Origin: Granulicella sp.
GTDB taxonomy: Bacteria > Acidobacteriota > Terriglobia > Terriglobales > Acidobacteriaceae
Direction of reading: 5' to 3'
Assembly: GCA_027339965.1 (NCBI GenBank)
Contig: DAHWNL010000051.1
Span: 11,146 to 75,145 of the forward strand
Length of the DNA: 64,000 bases
Under the pieces are notes generated by a model that was not told the origin of the DNA, ran no database searches, and worked only from the letters and a program-made list of their open reading frames with translations. The position numbers and the translations under genes were made by a program. This document shows positions 22,734 to 32,925 of the stretch, in pieces; the first letter of the stretch is position 1; each line of letters starts with the position of its first letter.

Positions 22734-23213
22734 ATGGCTGCGATTGGAGACAAACTAGGCAAAGATATTGTGGAGGCGATGAAGGCGCGCCGGCAGGATC
22801 AGCTCACCGCTCTGCGAATGGTCAAATCTGCCCTGCGCAGCAAGGAGATCGACAAGCGCGAGCCGTTGACCGATGCCGAAGAACAGGCGGTGTTGACCAC
22901 GCTGCTCAAGCAACGGCGGGAGAGCGTCGAGCAGTTCACCAAGGGCGACCGCCCGGAATTGGCCGCGAAAGAGCAGGCCGAGATCGCCTGGATTGAAGGC
23001 TACATGCCCCAGGCCGCAGGCGAGGACGAGCTGCGTTCGTTGGTGATTGCCGTCGTGCAACAGATCGCCGCTGAGAACGGCGGGACGCGCCCCGGACCCA
23101 AAGAGATGGGCATGGTGATGAAAGCTGCGCAGCAGAAGATCGCCTCCAGCGGCCTGCGCGCCGACGGCAAGCTGGTCAGCGAACTGGTCAAGGCGGAGCT
23201 GGCCAAAGGCTAA
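22734..23213 (+). CDS. GatB/YqeY domain protein
   Basis: AMKAR..LTALRMVKSAL, KQRRESVEQF, ADGKLVSELVK. Confidence 0.9.
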   Translation: MAAIGDKLGKDIVEAMKARRQDQLTALRMVKSALRSKEIDKREPLTDAEEQAVLTTLLKQRRESVEQFTKGDRPELAAKEQAEIAWIEGYMPQAAGEDELRSLVIAVVQQIAAENGGTRPGPKEMGMVMKAAQQKIASSGLRADGKLVSELVKAELAKG

Positions 23214-23249
23214 CCACTTCAACGGCTGCGCGGCGCGCCTGACCATCCC

Positions 23250-25199
23250 CTATCCCAACTTGGGGTGCAGCGGCAGGAAGCCGGCTTTCTGCTGATAGGC
23301 GTAGGCTAGCAAGGCTGCCTTGGCGTCCCCATAGAGTGGCGCTAGAAAGGTGATGGAGACCGGTGTGCCGGGCCCGCCGTAGTCCGGCCACGGATCTTCC
23401 GGTCCGGCGGCAAACGGCGGCGCATCCGGCCCGCGTAACCCGTTGGGAACAATCACCGCCGGTTGACCACAAAGGTTGGTGGCCACCAACTGCTCCCCTT
23501 CGCTGGGAGCCACGATCACGTCAAAGCCCGCGAAGAGCTGATGCATGGCCGCCAGCGCCAAGCTCCGGGCACGCTCGGCCTGGATGTAATCCACCGCCGG
23601 AATCAGCCGCGCGGCACGGAAGATGTTTGGCCAATCATCGGACTCCTGGCCCGCCAGCAGAGCATCTCGGCCGGAGGTGGTGAGCTCGTCGAACGCTGCG
23701 GCGGACTCGGCGTCCAGGATGTTTAACAGCGAAGAGAAGTGGAAGCCGGGCAACTCCACCGGCGTCAACTTCACACCCATGCCGCGCAGAACCCGCAGGG
23801 TATGCGCGTGGAACCGGTGATCGTAACTGCGCTGCGCCAGATCTCTCTTGCGCCGCTCTTCCCTCTTCTTCTGCGCCGCAGGGCTCAACTTGCCAGCCGT
23901 CTCCGGCGCAGCCGGCTTCGATGTAGGTGCCGCAAAGGCGGAAGCGATGTAGCCCACCCGCAGCGTCTCCCAACTAGCCGTCAGATCAGTGTGAAAGGGT
24001 GCCGGCTGCACGCTCTGGTCATACCCGTCCGGGCCGTAGATGGCGTTCAGCACCAATGCGCAGTCCTCCACCGAGCGCGCAATGGGACCGATCTTGTCCA
24101 TCGACCAGCTCAGCGCCATCGCGCCGGTGCGCGGCACCAGGCCGAAGCTGGGACGAAGTCCCGTCACCCCGCAGCGCGTGCTCGGAGAAGAGATGCTGCC
24201 CAGAGTCTCGGTGCCGATGGCAAAGCCCACGCAGCCGGCTGCGGTCGCGCTGGCGCTGCCGGCGGAGCTGCCTGAACTTCCTTGCTTCGGATTCCACGGA
24301 TTGCGGGTACGTCCGCCGGGTTTGCCGGAGCCCTGCGGATAGCCCCACAGATCCCCCATCGCCAGAGCGCCCATGCTGAGCTTGGCCACCAGCACGGCGC
24401 CAGCCGCATCCAGGCGCTTCACCACCGTAGCATCCTCCGAGAAGCTCTGCTGCTCGAAGCCGGCCGCGCCCCAGGTGGTCGGATAACCTTTCACCGCCAG
24501 CAGATCCTTCGCGCCCCAGGGAATACCCTGCAACGGACCGCGATCCTGGCCCGCGGCGAACGCGCGGTCCGCCGCCTCGGCCTGGCCCAGCGCGCGCTCT
24601 TCCGTCAGGGTGATGACAAAGTGCAGCATCGGGTCGTAGCGTCTCAGCCGCGCCAGATAGAGCCGGGTAAGCTCCACCGAACTCAGCTTGCGCAGGCGCA
24701 GCAGCTCCCCGAGCTGACGCACCGTGGCAAAGGCAATCTTCTCCTCCTCCGAAGCCGAGATCCCAGCGGCCAAGATCCCGGCGACAGAGGGAGCCGGTCC
24801 AACCACCACCGGCCGCGCCACTGCGGACCGCGGACCGGGCGTCCCTGCTGGTACAGGATTGAAGACCGCTGTAGGAGCAATCCGGTTGGGCAGATCCAGC
24901 TTGCGCACCTGCAACGCCATGCTGCGCTGCTCAGTTACGCCATCCAGCATCATCTGGATCTGCTCCGGCGTCAGCTTCACCGCAGCAATCGCCGCCGCCG
25001 ATTCAATCATCTCTGCCGTCACCGCAGGCCAAGCCTGCGGATCACGCGGCCCGGATTGAGCGGACGCCGAGCCGGTGGCCAGCGCCAACAGCGCTCCGGG
25101 AAACAGCGTGCCCCCCACTCCAGCAGCCGCGGAGACAGCCAGGAAGCGCCGCCGGGTTGCATCCATGCGTTCGTCAGATCTCGTCTGTTCTGGATTCAT
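23250..25199 (-). CDS. Amidase-signature family enzyme with Tat signal
   Basis: TRRRFL twin-arginine; WGAKDL; GSSGSSAGS; GTETLGSISSP. Confidence 0.88.
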   Translation of the reverse strand: MNPEQTRSDERMDATRRRFLAVSAAAGVGGTLFPGALLALATGSASAQSGPRDPQAWPAVTAEMIESAAAIAAVKLTPEQIQMMLDGVTEQRSMALQVRKLDLPNRIAPTAVFNPVPAGTPGPRSAVARPVVVGPAPSVAGILAAGISASEEEKIAFATVRQLGELLRLRKLSSVELTRLYLARLRRYDPMLHFVITLTEERALGQAEAADRAFAAGQDRGPLQGIPWGAKDLLAVKGYPTTWGAAGFEQQSFSEDATVVKRLDAAGAVLVAKLSMGALAMGDLWGYPQGSGKPGGRTRNPWNPKQGSSGSSAGSASATAAGCVGFAIGTETLGSISSPSTRCGVTGLRPSFGLVPRTGAMALSWSMDKIGPIARSVEDCALVLNAIYGPDGYDQSVQPAPFHTDLTASWETLRVGYIASAFAAPTSKPAAPETAGKLSPAAQKKREERRKRDLAQRSYDHRFHAHTLRVLRGMGVKLTPVELPGFHFSSLLNILDAESAAAFDELTTSGRDALLAGQESDDWPNIFRAARLIPAVDYIQAERARSLALAAMHQLFAGFDVIVAPSEGEQLVATNLCGQPAVIVPNGLRGPDAPPFAAGPEDPWPDYGGPGTPVSITFLAPLYGDAKAALLAYAYQQKAGFLPLHPKLG

Positions 25200-25377
25200 T
25201 TCGCGATACTACATCCTGGCGCGGCGAAGCGAAAGCCTTGCGGAGGCTCGGCCAGCCTGGCTTCGTCTGTTCTTCCCTGCCGTCCGGAGAAATCTCCCGC
25301 GTCCTGCCGGGTGGCCCTCATGCGGCATGACACCGCTCAGGGCAGCCCAAGCAGAGCCATTCTCGGGAGTGAGATCC

Positions 25378-28300
25378 TTACTGCGGGAGCGGCTCGTTGC
25401 GCGTCAGCAGGTAGTAGGCAATCGGCGTCACCACAAGGCTGAGGAACATCGAGAGCAGCAGGCCGCCAATCACCGCAATCGCCAGCGGCTGCAGCATCTG
25501 AGAGCCAGCGCCAAAGGCGAACGCCAGCGGCAGCATGCCGCAGATGGCGGCCGCGGCCGTCATCAGGATGGGGCGAAGTCGACGCTGCGCGGCCAGCAGC
25601 ATGGCCTGGCGCGGATCCATGCCTTCACGGCGGTAGCGCTCGTCGGCATCCAGCAGCAAAATACCGTTCTTGGCCACAATCCCGATCACCATGATCGCTC
25701 CCATGAAGGAGGCTACGTTGAAGCTGATCCCCGTCACCAGCAGCGCAAAGACCACCCCACTGATGGAGAGCACGGAGGAGGCCAGGATCGCCAACGGCGC
25801 TGAGAAGTTGCGAAACTCCGCCAGCAGAACACCAAAGACCAGCACCAGAGCGAGCAGCAGCACCCGCAGCAGGTCGGCAAAGGACTTCTGCTGCACCTCG
25901 TAAGCGCCGCCATACTCCACGCGCACGCTGGGCGGCAGATGCAACGAGTCTGTCACGCTGCGCACCGCGCTCACCGCCGTGCCCAGATCCGTTCCTTCCA
26001 GGCTCGCCGTCACCACCACCAACTGTTGCAGATTCTCGCGATGGATCTCATGCTGCGGCGGCAGCTCGGTCACGTGGGTCATCGCGCCCAGGGTCGCCAG
26101 ATGCCCGCTGCTGCTGTTGAAGACCGTGTTTTCGATCGCATCCAGCGAGCCGCGCGTCTCCTTCCCCAGCCGGATGCGAATCGTATAGGGACGGCCGGCG
26201 ACGATCAGCGGCGCGTTGGTGGTCACCCCATCCAGAATTGCAGTCGCATCTTCAGCCACCTCCGCCGGCGTAAAGCCCATGCGCGCGGCCAGCATCGGAT
26301 CTACCTGGAAGTTGGTCGCCGGGCCGCTGCTGGTGTTCTCCACCCCATCCTCAATGTCCACCACACCCTTCACCTTGCCAATCGCCCTGGCCACGCGCGG
26401 CGCAATCTGGTCCAGCAGCGCGGCATCGTCGCCGAACAGCTTGATCTGGATCGGTTCCGGCGCGTTGGATAGATCCCCGATCATGTCCTGCAGCACCTGC
26501 GTGAACTCGACGTCCAACTCCGGTTCCTTGGCCAGAATCTGCTCCCGGACACTCTCCATCACCTGATCAATGCTGCGGCTGCGATCGGACTTCAGTTTTA
26601 CGGTGAAGTCCCCCGTGTTGGCCTCCGTCACCGCGGCCAGCCCTAGCTGAAGTCCCGTACGCCGAGAGGTGTTCTCCACCTCGGGCGTATGGCGCAGAAT
26701 CCGCTCCACATGCTCCAGCACGCGATTGGTCTCAGCCAGCGAACTTCCCTCGGGCATGATGTAGTCCAGGATGAAGCCGCCCTCATCCATCTCCGGCAGC
26801 AGGTCAGAGCCCAGAGAGCGATACGCCAGGAAAGCGCCGGCGACCAAAATCACGCAGCCTGCGCCCAGCAGCAATGGCCGGCGCAAGCTCCACTCCAGCA
26901 CCCCGTGGTGCCAGCCAATGACGCGCTGCAGCAGCCTTCCCACATGGTGCTGCTCACCCGAAGGTTGCTTTGGATGCTCGCCCGATGGCCGGTCTGCGGC
27001 TTGCACCTCTTCTTCCTTCTTTGCGCGGAGCAGCACCAACCCCAGGCCAGGCGTCCAGGAGAGCGCCAGCACCAGCGAAGTCAACAGCGCAGCCGTCATC
27101 GTAAGAGCCAGTGCACGAAAGAAGCTGCCGGTCACGCCCGTTACCGCGATCAGGGGAAGGAATACCACCACCGGCGTAATGGTGGAGCCGATCAGCGGCG
27201 TAGCGATCTCCCGCAGCGCTTTGCCCACAGCTTCAATCCGGCCCTCGCCCGCGTCGCGGTGCAGCACGATGTTCTCCACCACCACAATGGCGTCATCAAT
27301 CACCAGACCGATGGCCGCCGCCAGCCCACCCAGGGTCATCAGGTTGAAGCTCTCCCCCAGCACCCACATCACCAGCACCGTCACCGCCACGGTCACCGGA
27401 ATCACCAAACCGGCGATGATCGCCGAGTGCCAGTCGCGCAGGAACAGATAAAGGATCACGCAGGCTAGAACCAGTCCCAGAAGGATGGCGTCGCGCACGC
27501 TGCGGATGCTCTCCCGCACCAACTGCGACTGATCGTAAAACGGTTGCAGCGTAACGCCCTTGGGCAGACTCTTGCGCAATTGGCTTAACTCCACGGCCAC
27601 TTCATCGGCCACGGCGACTGTATTGCCCGAAGGCTGGCGGGTGATGTTGATCAGCACCGCCGGATTGCCGTCGGCAGTCACCGTGGTATAGACCGGCCGC
27701 GTTGCGCTCACCACCTTGGCCAGGTCCCCCACTCGCACCGGCGCTCCCTGCGCGGTGGTCTTCACCACCAGATTGCGCAGACCGTCCATGCTATGCACCT
27801 GCCCGCCCACTAACGCCAGAACAAGCTGGTGATCCTGCTCATACAACCCCGGGGAATCGATGATGTTGGAGGCGTCGACGGCGCTGGCCAGATCGGAGAT
27901 AGTCACTCCCGCGGTCTGCATCCGTGCCATATTGGGAATCACCTGAAACTCTGGAATCGCGCCGCCCTGCACCGTCACCGTGCTCACCCCCTCCAGGCGG
28001 TTCAACGGCGGCTTGAGCTGATAGGTTGCCAACTCCCATAGCTCGGTTTGCGAGAGCGTATGGGAGGTAAGGCTGTAGCCGAGAATCGGAAAGGTGGCGA
28101 AGGTCAGGCGATTGGTGCTAATTCGCACCGTGGACGGCAGCTCCTGCTGCACCTTGCTCAGCGCGGCGTTCACCCGCTCCAGCGTCTGATACATATCCAC
28201 GGACCAGTTGAAGAACAGGCTGATCTCCGCCGAACCGCGGCTGGTGTTGGAGCGCACCGTCACCAGACCGGGAACGCTGTTCACCGCGTTCTCAATCGGC

Positions 28301-28524
28301 TGGGTGATCGTCACCTCCATCTGGCTGGCCGGCATCACCCCGTTATCCACGCCAATCACCACGCGCGGAAAGTTCGTCTCCGGAAAGACCGAGATCGGCA
28401 CATGGAAGGCCGCATAGGCTCCGGCAAAGGTCAGCGCCAGCACAAAGAAGAAGATGGTGCGCTTGGAACGCTCGATCCAAAAGCTCTTGCGCGCCGGAGC
28501 CTTGGAGCTATCCGCCGCCGCCAT
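25378..28524 (-). CDS. RND efflux permease subunit (AcrB/CusA-like)
   Basis: GLVIDDAIVVVENI, GIVAKNGILL, RLRPILMT; start overlaps the MFP stop (ATGA). Confidence 0.92.
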   Translation of the reverse strand: MAAADSSKAPARKSFWIERSKRTIFFFVLALTFAGAYAAFHVPISVFPETNFPRVVIGVDNGVMPASQMEVTITQPIENAVNSVPGLVTVRSNTSRGSAEISLFFNWSVDMYQTLERVNAALSKVQQELPSTVRISTNRLTFATFPILGYSLTSHTLSQTELWELATYQLKPPLNRLEGVSTVTVQGGAIPEFQVIPNMARMQTAGVTISDLASAVDASNIIDSPGLYEQDHQLVLALVGGQVHSMDGLRNLVVKTTAQGAPVRVGDLAKVVSATRPVYTTVTADGNPAVLINITRQPSGNTVAVADEVAVELSQLRKSLPKGVTLQPFYDQSQLVRESIRSVRDAILLGLVLACVILYLFLRDWHSAIIAGLVIPVTVAVTVLVMWVLGESFNLMTLGGLAAAIGLVIDDAIVVVENIVLHRDAGEGRIEAVGKALREIATPLIGSTITPVVVFLPLIAVTGVTGSFFRALALTMTAALLTSLVLALSWTPGLGLVLLRAKKEEEVQAADRPSGEHPKQPSGEQHHVGRLLQRVIGWHHGVLEWSLRRPLLLGAGCVILVAGAFLAYRSLGSDLLPEMDEGGFILDYIMPEGSSLAETNRVLEHVERILRHTPEVENTSRRTGLQLGLAAVTEANTGDFTVKLKSDRSRSIDQVMESVREQILAKEPELDVEFTQVLQDMIGDLSNAPEPIQIKLFGDDAALLDQIAPRVARAIGKVKGVVDIEDGVENTSSGPATNFQVDPMLAARMGFTPAEVAEDATAILDGVTTNAPLIVAGRPYTIRIRLGKETRGSLDAIENTVFNSSSGHLATLGAMTHVTELPPQHEIHRENLQQLVVVTASLEGTDLGTAVSAVRSVTDSLHLPPSVRVEYGGAYEVQQKSFADLLRVLLLALVLVFGVLLAEFRNFSAPLAILASSVLSISGVVFALLVTGISFNVASFMGAIMVIGIVAKNGILLLDADERYRREGMDPRQAMLLAAQRRLRPILMTAAAAICGMLPLAFAFGAGSQMLQPLAIAVIGGLLLSMFLSLVVTPIAYYLLTRNEPLPQ

Positions 28525-29945
28525 CAGCTCTGGCCTCCGCCTTGGCCGTCTTGCCCCGCCGCGCCCTGGTCCGCATCGCCCTCCTCCGGCGGAGCCACAT
28601 GCACCTTTGTCCCGTCGTCCAGGCCATAGCCGCCGCTGTCGATCACCACCTCGCTGGGGCTCAAGCCGCTCAGGATCTGCACCCACTTCACTCCCCGAAT
28701 GCCCACCGCCACGCTCCTGAGATGCGCCGCGCCGTCGCTGCCCACCACCATCACCTGGAAGCCTCCTCCCTCGCTGGTCAGCAGCGCCGAAGCAGGCACC
28801 TGTAAGGCTTCCTGCGCGGTGCGGCCAACGATCGTGACATGGACCGAGGTACCCGCCTTCAGACGGCCATCCGGATTCTTCATCTTCACCCAGACCTCGA
28901 CCGTCGTCGAGCCCGGATCGACCGCCGGGCTAATCAGCGAGACCTCGCCGGGAATCGCCGCTTCCATTCCTGGCGCGCTCACCTCCGCCTTGGCCCCCAC
29001 CTGGATGTTTTGCGTCAGCGCCTGAGAGAGGTGCAGCTTGGCGATCAGCGACGAAGTGTCCATCACCGTGATCACTGGCGTCCCTGCCGTTGCCATCTCG
29101 CCATCAAAGAGCGGCCGGTCGGTCACAACTCCTGCGATGGGGCTGCGCAGATAGGCATAGCTGCGGCTCGCCTCCGCATTCAGATACTTACCGCGCGCAG
29201 AGGTCAGATCGCCCTGCGCCGCCTTCTGGCTAGCCTGCTGGCCAACCCGTTGCAAGGCCTGCAAGTGCTGCTCGGCAGTGTCATAGGCTGCCTGGGCCTG
29301 CACCAGGGTCGCCTTGGCTGAATCCAGATCCCGGCCGGGAATCGCGCCCTCTGCAAACAACTTCTCGCGGCTCTCCACCAGCCCTTTGTCCAGATCCAGA
29401 TTCGCCTTGGCCTGCTTCAGATCCAGCTTGGCCGCCTGCATCGCCGCCGGCTGCTGGACGCTGGTCGCTTGCTGATAAGCGGCCTGCGCCGCCTCGTAGG
29501 CCCCCTCGTTGTCCACGGCGGCAGCCTCCAGATCCCGGTCTTCCAGGCGAACCAGTAACTGCCCGGCCCGCACATGCGCTCCGCGCTGGACATAAAACCG
29601 GTTCACCGGCGCGCTGATCTTGGCAGAGATCGCCGCTTCGGCCAACGGCGAGAGAACAGCATCCCCCTCAATCTGCTCCGAAATCGCGCCGATCACTGGC
29701 TTGGCCGCCTGCACATCCACCACGACATCGGCGGTTGTTCCCGCCGAGTGGCAGCCAACCATTGCCAGGCAGCAAGCCACAGCCGCCAGCCAACCACCGG
29801 CCAGCGCCAGGCCGCCGCGCTCGCCGTCCGCCCGGCCTGCGGCAGATCTGCCGCTCTCTTTCACACCCGCCTGCCAGCCCCTCCCGGCGCGGTCCGACGC
29901 CGGTTGCGGGTAGCTCACTCTGAAGCCGTCGCACACTCTCATCAA
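28524..29945 (-). CDS. RND periplasmic adaptor (membrane fusion protein)
   Basis: Lipoyl halves, coiled hairpin, LRSPIAGVV, ISPAVDP; exact start uncertain. Confidence 0.88.
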   Translation of the reverse strand: MMRVCDGFRVSYPQPASDRAGRGWQAGVKESGRSAAGRADGERGGLALAGGWLAAVACCLAMVGCHSAGTTADVVVDVQAAKPVIGAISEQIEGDAVLSPLAEAAISAKISAPVNRFYVQRGAHVRAGQLLVRLEDRDLEAAAVDNEGAYEAAQAAYQQATSVQQPAAMQAAKLDLKQAKANLDLDKGLVESREKLFAEGAIPGRDLDSAKATLVQAQAAYDTAEQHLQALQRVGQQASQKAAQGDLTSARGKYLNAEASRSYAYLRSPIAGVVTDRPLFDGEMATAGTPVITVMDTSSLIAKLHLSQALTQNIQVGAKAEVSAPGMEAAIPGEVSLISPAVDPGSTTVEVWVKMKNPDGRLKAGTSVHVTIVGRTAQEALQVPASALLTSEGGGFQVMVVGSDGAAHLRSVAVGIRGVKWVQILSGLSPSEVVIDSGGYGLDDGTKVHVAPPEEGDADQGAAGQDGQGGGQS

Positions 29946-31345
29946 AACCTTCCCGTCAGTGTCTGAAGATTGGACAATGCCAGCTCATAACGAACCACGC
30001 CATCCGCGTCTGCCTTCTCTGTATCCAGCAAGGTGTTCTGCGCGTCCACCACCTCGAGTACCGTTCCCTCGCCACCCATGTAGCTGGACTCGGTCAAGCG
30101 CAAGCTCTCCCGGGCCGCGCTGACACTGGCATCCAGTGACGCCATCGCATCCCGCGCTGTGGTGGCCTCCGCATAGAATTCAGTAAGGTTGGCGATCAAC
30201 CGCCGCTGCTCCGAAGAGAGATCCACCTTGGCCAGGTCGCGACGGATCTCGCTCTGCTTCACCTTGTGCTGGGTAGAGAGCCAGTTCCACACTGGAATAT
30301 CCAGCGTCGCCATCGCAGAATAGCCCAGGTTTTTTGCATTGTCTGGACCATAGATTGCGAACTGCGGCGCATCGATGCCGTAGGTCACGTTCAGCCCCAG
30401 GTCAGGAAGATACTCGGCGCGAGCCGAGACCACCTGCGCCTGGCTGGCCTGGAGCGCGGCCAGCGCGCTTTTCAGATCCGGGTTGTTCCGGCCGGCATCT
30501 TCATTCACCGTGGCGCGGTCGGGCAACATGGGCGGGGCGCTCACCTCAGTCGCAAAGGGGGTCCGCGGATCGGCGAACAGCAAAGCTGCAAGCTCCAGAT
30601 GCGCCTTCAACGCCGCCAGTCTTGCGTCCTCCAGATCGCGGCTTCGCTGCTGCTCGGTCAGCGTCGCCTTGATGACATCGGCGTGAGCTGCCTGACGCGC
30701 CTGCTCGCGCTCCTCGGTAATCTGGACAAATCGGCGCGCATCGTCCACGGCCTGTTCGGTCACCTCGACCTTGGTATCGGCCGCCGTCACGCTGTAGTAC
30801 AGCGTGGCCACTGCCGCGATCAGGCCGCGGCGCTCGATCTCCGCCTGTGCCGCCGCCTGCGCCTCCTCAGCGCTGGCGAGCGAGACAGCGCTGAACCTTC
30901 GCAGGCCGAGCGTCTCATTCACTACGGCTTGGCTGGCGTACTCGTGAATCGCGTTGTTGGCGATGAACCGCGGAGCTGCTTGATTCACCACCTGCCCGAT
31001 GCGGTTGGTGGTGCCGTTAGCCTGCGTAAAGAGATATTGGTTGTGGAACACCACGGACGGCAACAGGCCGGCTACAGCTTCCTGGTGATCCAGTTGCGAG
31101 AGTTGCATCTGCGCCGTCGCTGCGGCAAAAGCCGGCTCGTTCTTCTCCGCCAGTCGGATGGCCTCCTCCAGCGAGAGCTTCGGCGCCGTCCGGTCCGCAG
31201 GATCCGGCTTGGCCGGAGCCGCCACGGCCGCGGCGCCCGCCTGCCCCACGGCCGCCACGCTGCAACGCAAGCAGACCACCCCCAACGCGGCCACCAACCA
31301 CACCACCGCTCGCAGAGAAGATGAGACTTTGTGAATCATCCGCAC
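29942..31345 (-). CDS. TolC-family outer membrane protein
   Basis: LSLEEAIRLA, YLPDL, Y..GEGTVLEVVDAQ; operon position. Confidence 0.88.
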   Translation of the reverse strand: MRMIHKVSSSLRAVVWLVAALGVVCLRCSVAAVGQAGAAAVAAPAKPDPADRTAPKLSLEEAIRLAEKNEPAFAAATAQMQLSQLDHQEAVAGLLPSVVFHNQYLFTQANGTTNRIGQVVNQAAPRFIANNAIHEYASQAVVNETLGLRRFSAVSLASAEEAQAAAQAEIERRGLIAAVATLYYSVTAADTKVEVTEQAVDDARRFVQITEEREQARQAAHADVIKATLTEQQRSRDLEDARLAALKAHLELAALLFADPRTPFATEVSAPPMLPDRATVNEDAGRNNPDLKSALAALQASQAQVVSARAEYLPDLGLNVTYGIDAPQFAIYGPDNAKNLGYSAMATLDIPVWNWLSTQHKVKQSEIRRDLAKVDLSSEQRRLIANLTEFYAEATTARDAMASLDASVSAARESLRLTESSYMGGEGTVLEVVDAQNTLLDTEKADADGVVRYELALSNLQTLTGRF

Positions 31346-31620
31346 CTCACATTAAATACCAACCGTGTTGCCCCCTGGCGACTGGCTTGAAACAAGAAAT
31401 CTTCCCGGCGCCTCCAGTGTTGTCGCTGCACCCCGGACAAAGGCGCAAAGCCTCGGCCCGGGCTCGCCCCACTTCCTTCCCTGCTCTCGACAAGCTCACG
31501 GCTGTTTAAGCCGGCAGCGGCGTCTCGGGTCTTGCGTGGGCGGGGTGCAAAATAGCCCTTGCGAAAGCATGCCGTGGCGCCAGGCGATCCATGCGCTGCA
31601 AATGCAATAGACTTCCTACC

Positions 31621-32328
31621 ATGAGTCTGGATCGTACGGATCTTTCTCTTGTCCTGCAACGAACCGCGCTGTTCTCAACCCTCACCCCCGAGGAAATTCA
31701 CTTGCTGGCGGCGCGCGCGCTCAAGAAGCAGTTTACCAAGGGGGAGCTGCTCTTCTCCGAGGGCGAGCGCTGCCACGGGCTGCATGTCATCGCCAGCGGC
31801 CAAGTGCGCATCTTCAAAACTTCTCTCGGCGGGCGGGAGCAGATCCTGGCGGTGAACGTCAGCGGCGAAACTGTGGCTGAGATCCCGGTCTTTGATGGCA
31901 GTCCCTATCCCGCCTCCGCGGTGGCGATCGATGAAGTGGAAATAATTTTCATCTCTCAGCAAATCTTTCAGTCCTTTTGTATGGAATATCCTCAGGTAGC
32001 GCTCAAAGTTCTGGCGGTGGCAGGCACTCGTCTTCGCCGGCTGGTGGGCATCATCGAGGAACTTTCGTTCACTACCATCCGCGAGCGGCTGATCTCCGCC
32101 CTGCTACGCATGGCGGAGAGTCAGGGAGTCGCCACCAGTCGCGGCATTGAATTCCAGTTGCCCGGAAGCCACCAGGATCTGGCCAGCCAGCTTGGAACCG
32201 TGCGTGAACTGGTCTCTCGCAATCTGATGCGATTGCAGGCCGAGGGTTTGCTTGAGGTGGATGCTCGTCAGATTGTGGTCAAGAACCTCAAAGAGCTTCG
32301 CTCCAGTCTGCATCAGACCTCCGCCTGA
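31621..32328 (+). CDS. Crp/Fnr-family regulator (HcpR/Dnr-like)
   Basis: cNMP-like domain; HTH HQDLASQLGTVRELVSR; no FNR N-terminal Cys cluster. Confidence 0.9.
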   Translation: MSLDRTDLSLVLQRTALFSTLTPEEIHLLAARALKKQFTKGELLFSEGERCHGLHVIASGQVRIFKTSLGGREQILAVNVSGETVAEIPVFDGSPYPASAVAIDEVEIIFISQQIFQSFCMEYPQVALKVLAVAGTRLRRLVGIIEELSFTTIRERLISALLRMAESQGVATSRGIEFQLPGSHQDLASQLGTVRELVSRNLMRLQAEGLLEVDARQIVVKNLKELRSSLHQTSA

Positions 32329-32386
32329 GCTGCGCAGCCGGAGGCAGCGGCAAACCTTGCCGCGCCAACAACGGTCACCGCGCCGC

Positions 32387-32815
32387 TCAGCTTGTCTTGC
32401 CTTCCAACTCTGCCACGCGCCGACGCAGTGCGCGCTCCTCCTGGAAGCGTTGGGTCTCATCCCGGATCACCGAGGCGATCCCATTCACCTTGCCCTCGTC
32501 GGAAAAGAGCAGCGCCACCGTAAAGGCGATCGACAAGGCGTGGCCATCCTTGTGCACCGCGGGCACGCGCAGCAGATCAGCGCCGTAGCGGGTGTGACCG
32601 CTCTCCATGGTCTTCCGATAACCCTCCCAGTGGCGCTGCTGCAGACGTTCTGGAATGATCAGGTCCAGCGAGTGCCCCAGGGCCTCACTCCGGGCAAAGC
32701 CGAAGATCCGCTCCGCGGCAGGATTCCAAAACGTGATCACGCCCTTTTCGTCGGCCACCAGAATCGCGTCTCCGATCGCCTCCAACAGTTGTTCATAAGA
32801 AATCTCGGCGGCCAT
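32387..32815 (-). CDS. Stand-alone PAS domain protein
   Basis: DAILVADEKGVITFWNPAAERIFG...LDLIIPERLQQRHW; strong SD GAGGAGG. Confidence 0.85.
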   Translation of the reverse strand: MAAEISYEQLLEAIGDAILVADEKGVITFWNPAAERIFGFARSEALGHSLDLIIPERLQQRHWEGYRKTMESGHTRYGADLLRVPAVHKDGHALSIAFTVALLFSDEGKVNGIASVIRDETQRFQEERALRRRVAELEGKTS

Positions 32816-32925
32816 GCAATCATCCTCCTCGAAATACTCGCGAGGCTCTGCAAAATTCTTCCAACAACGACTTGGAAACCTTCAGTGGATATAGCCCTGA
32901 TGCCGTCCACGGAGAGCGAACAAAC

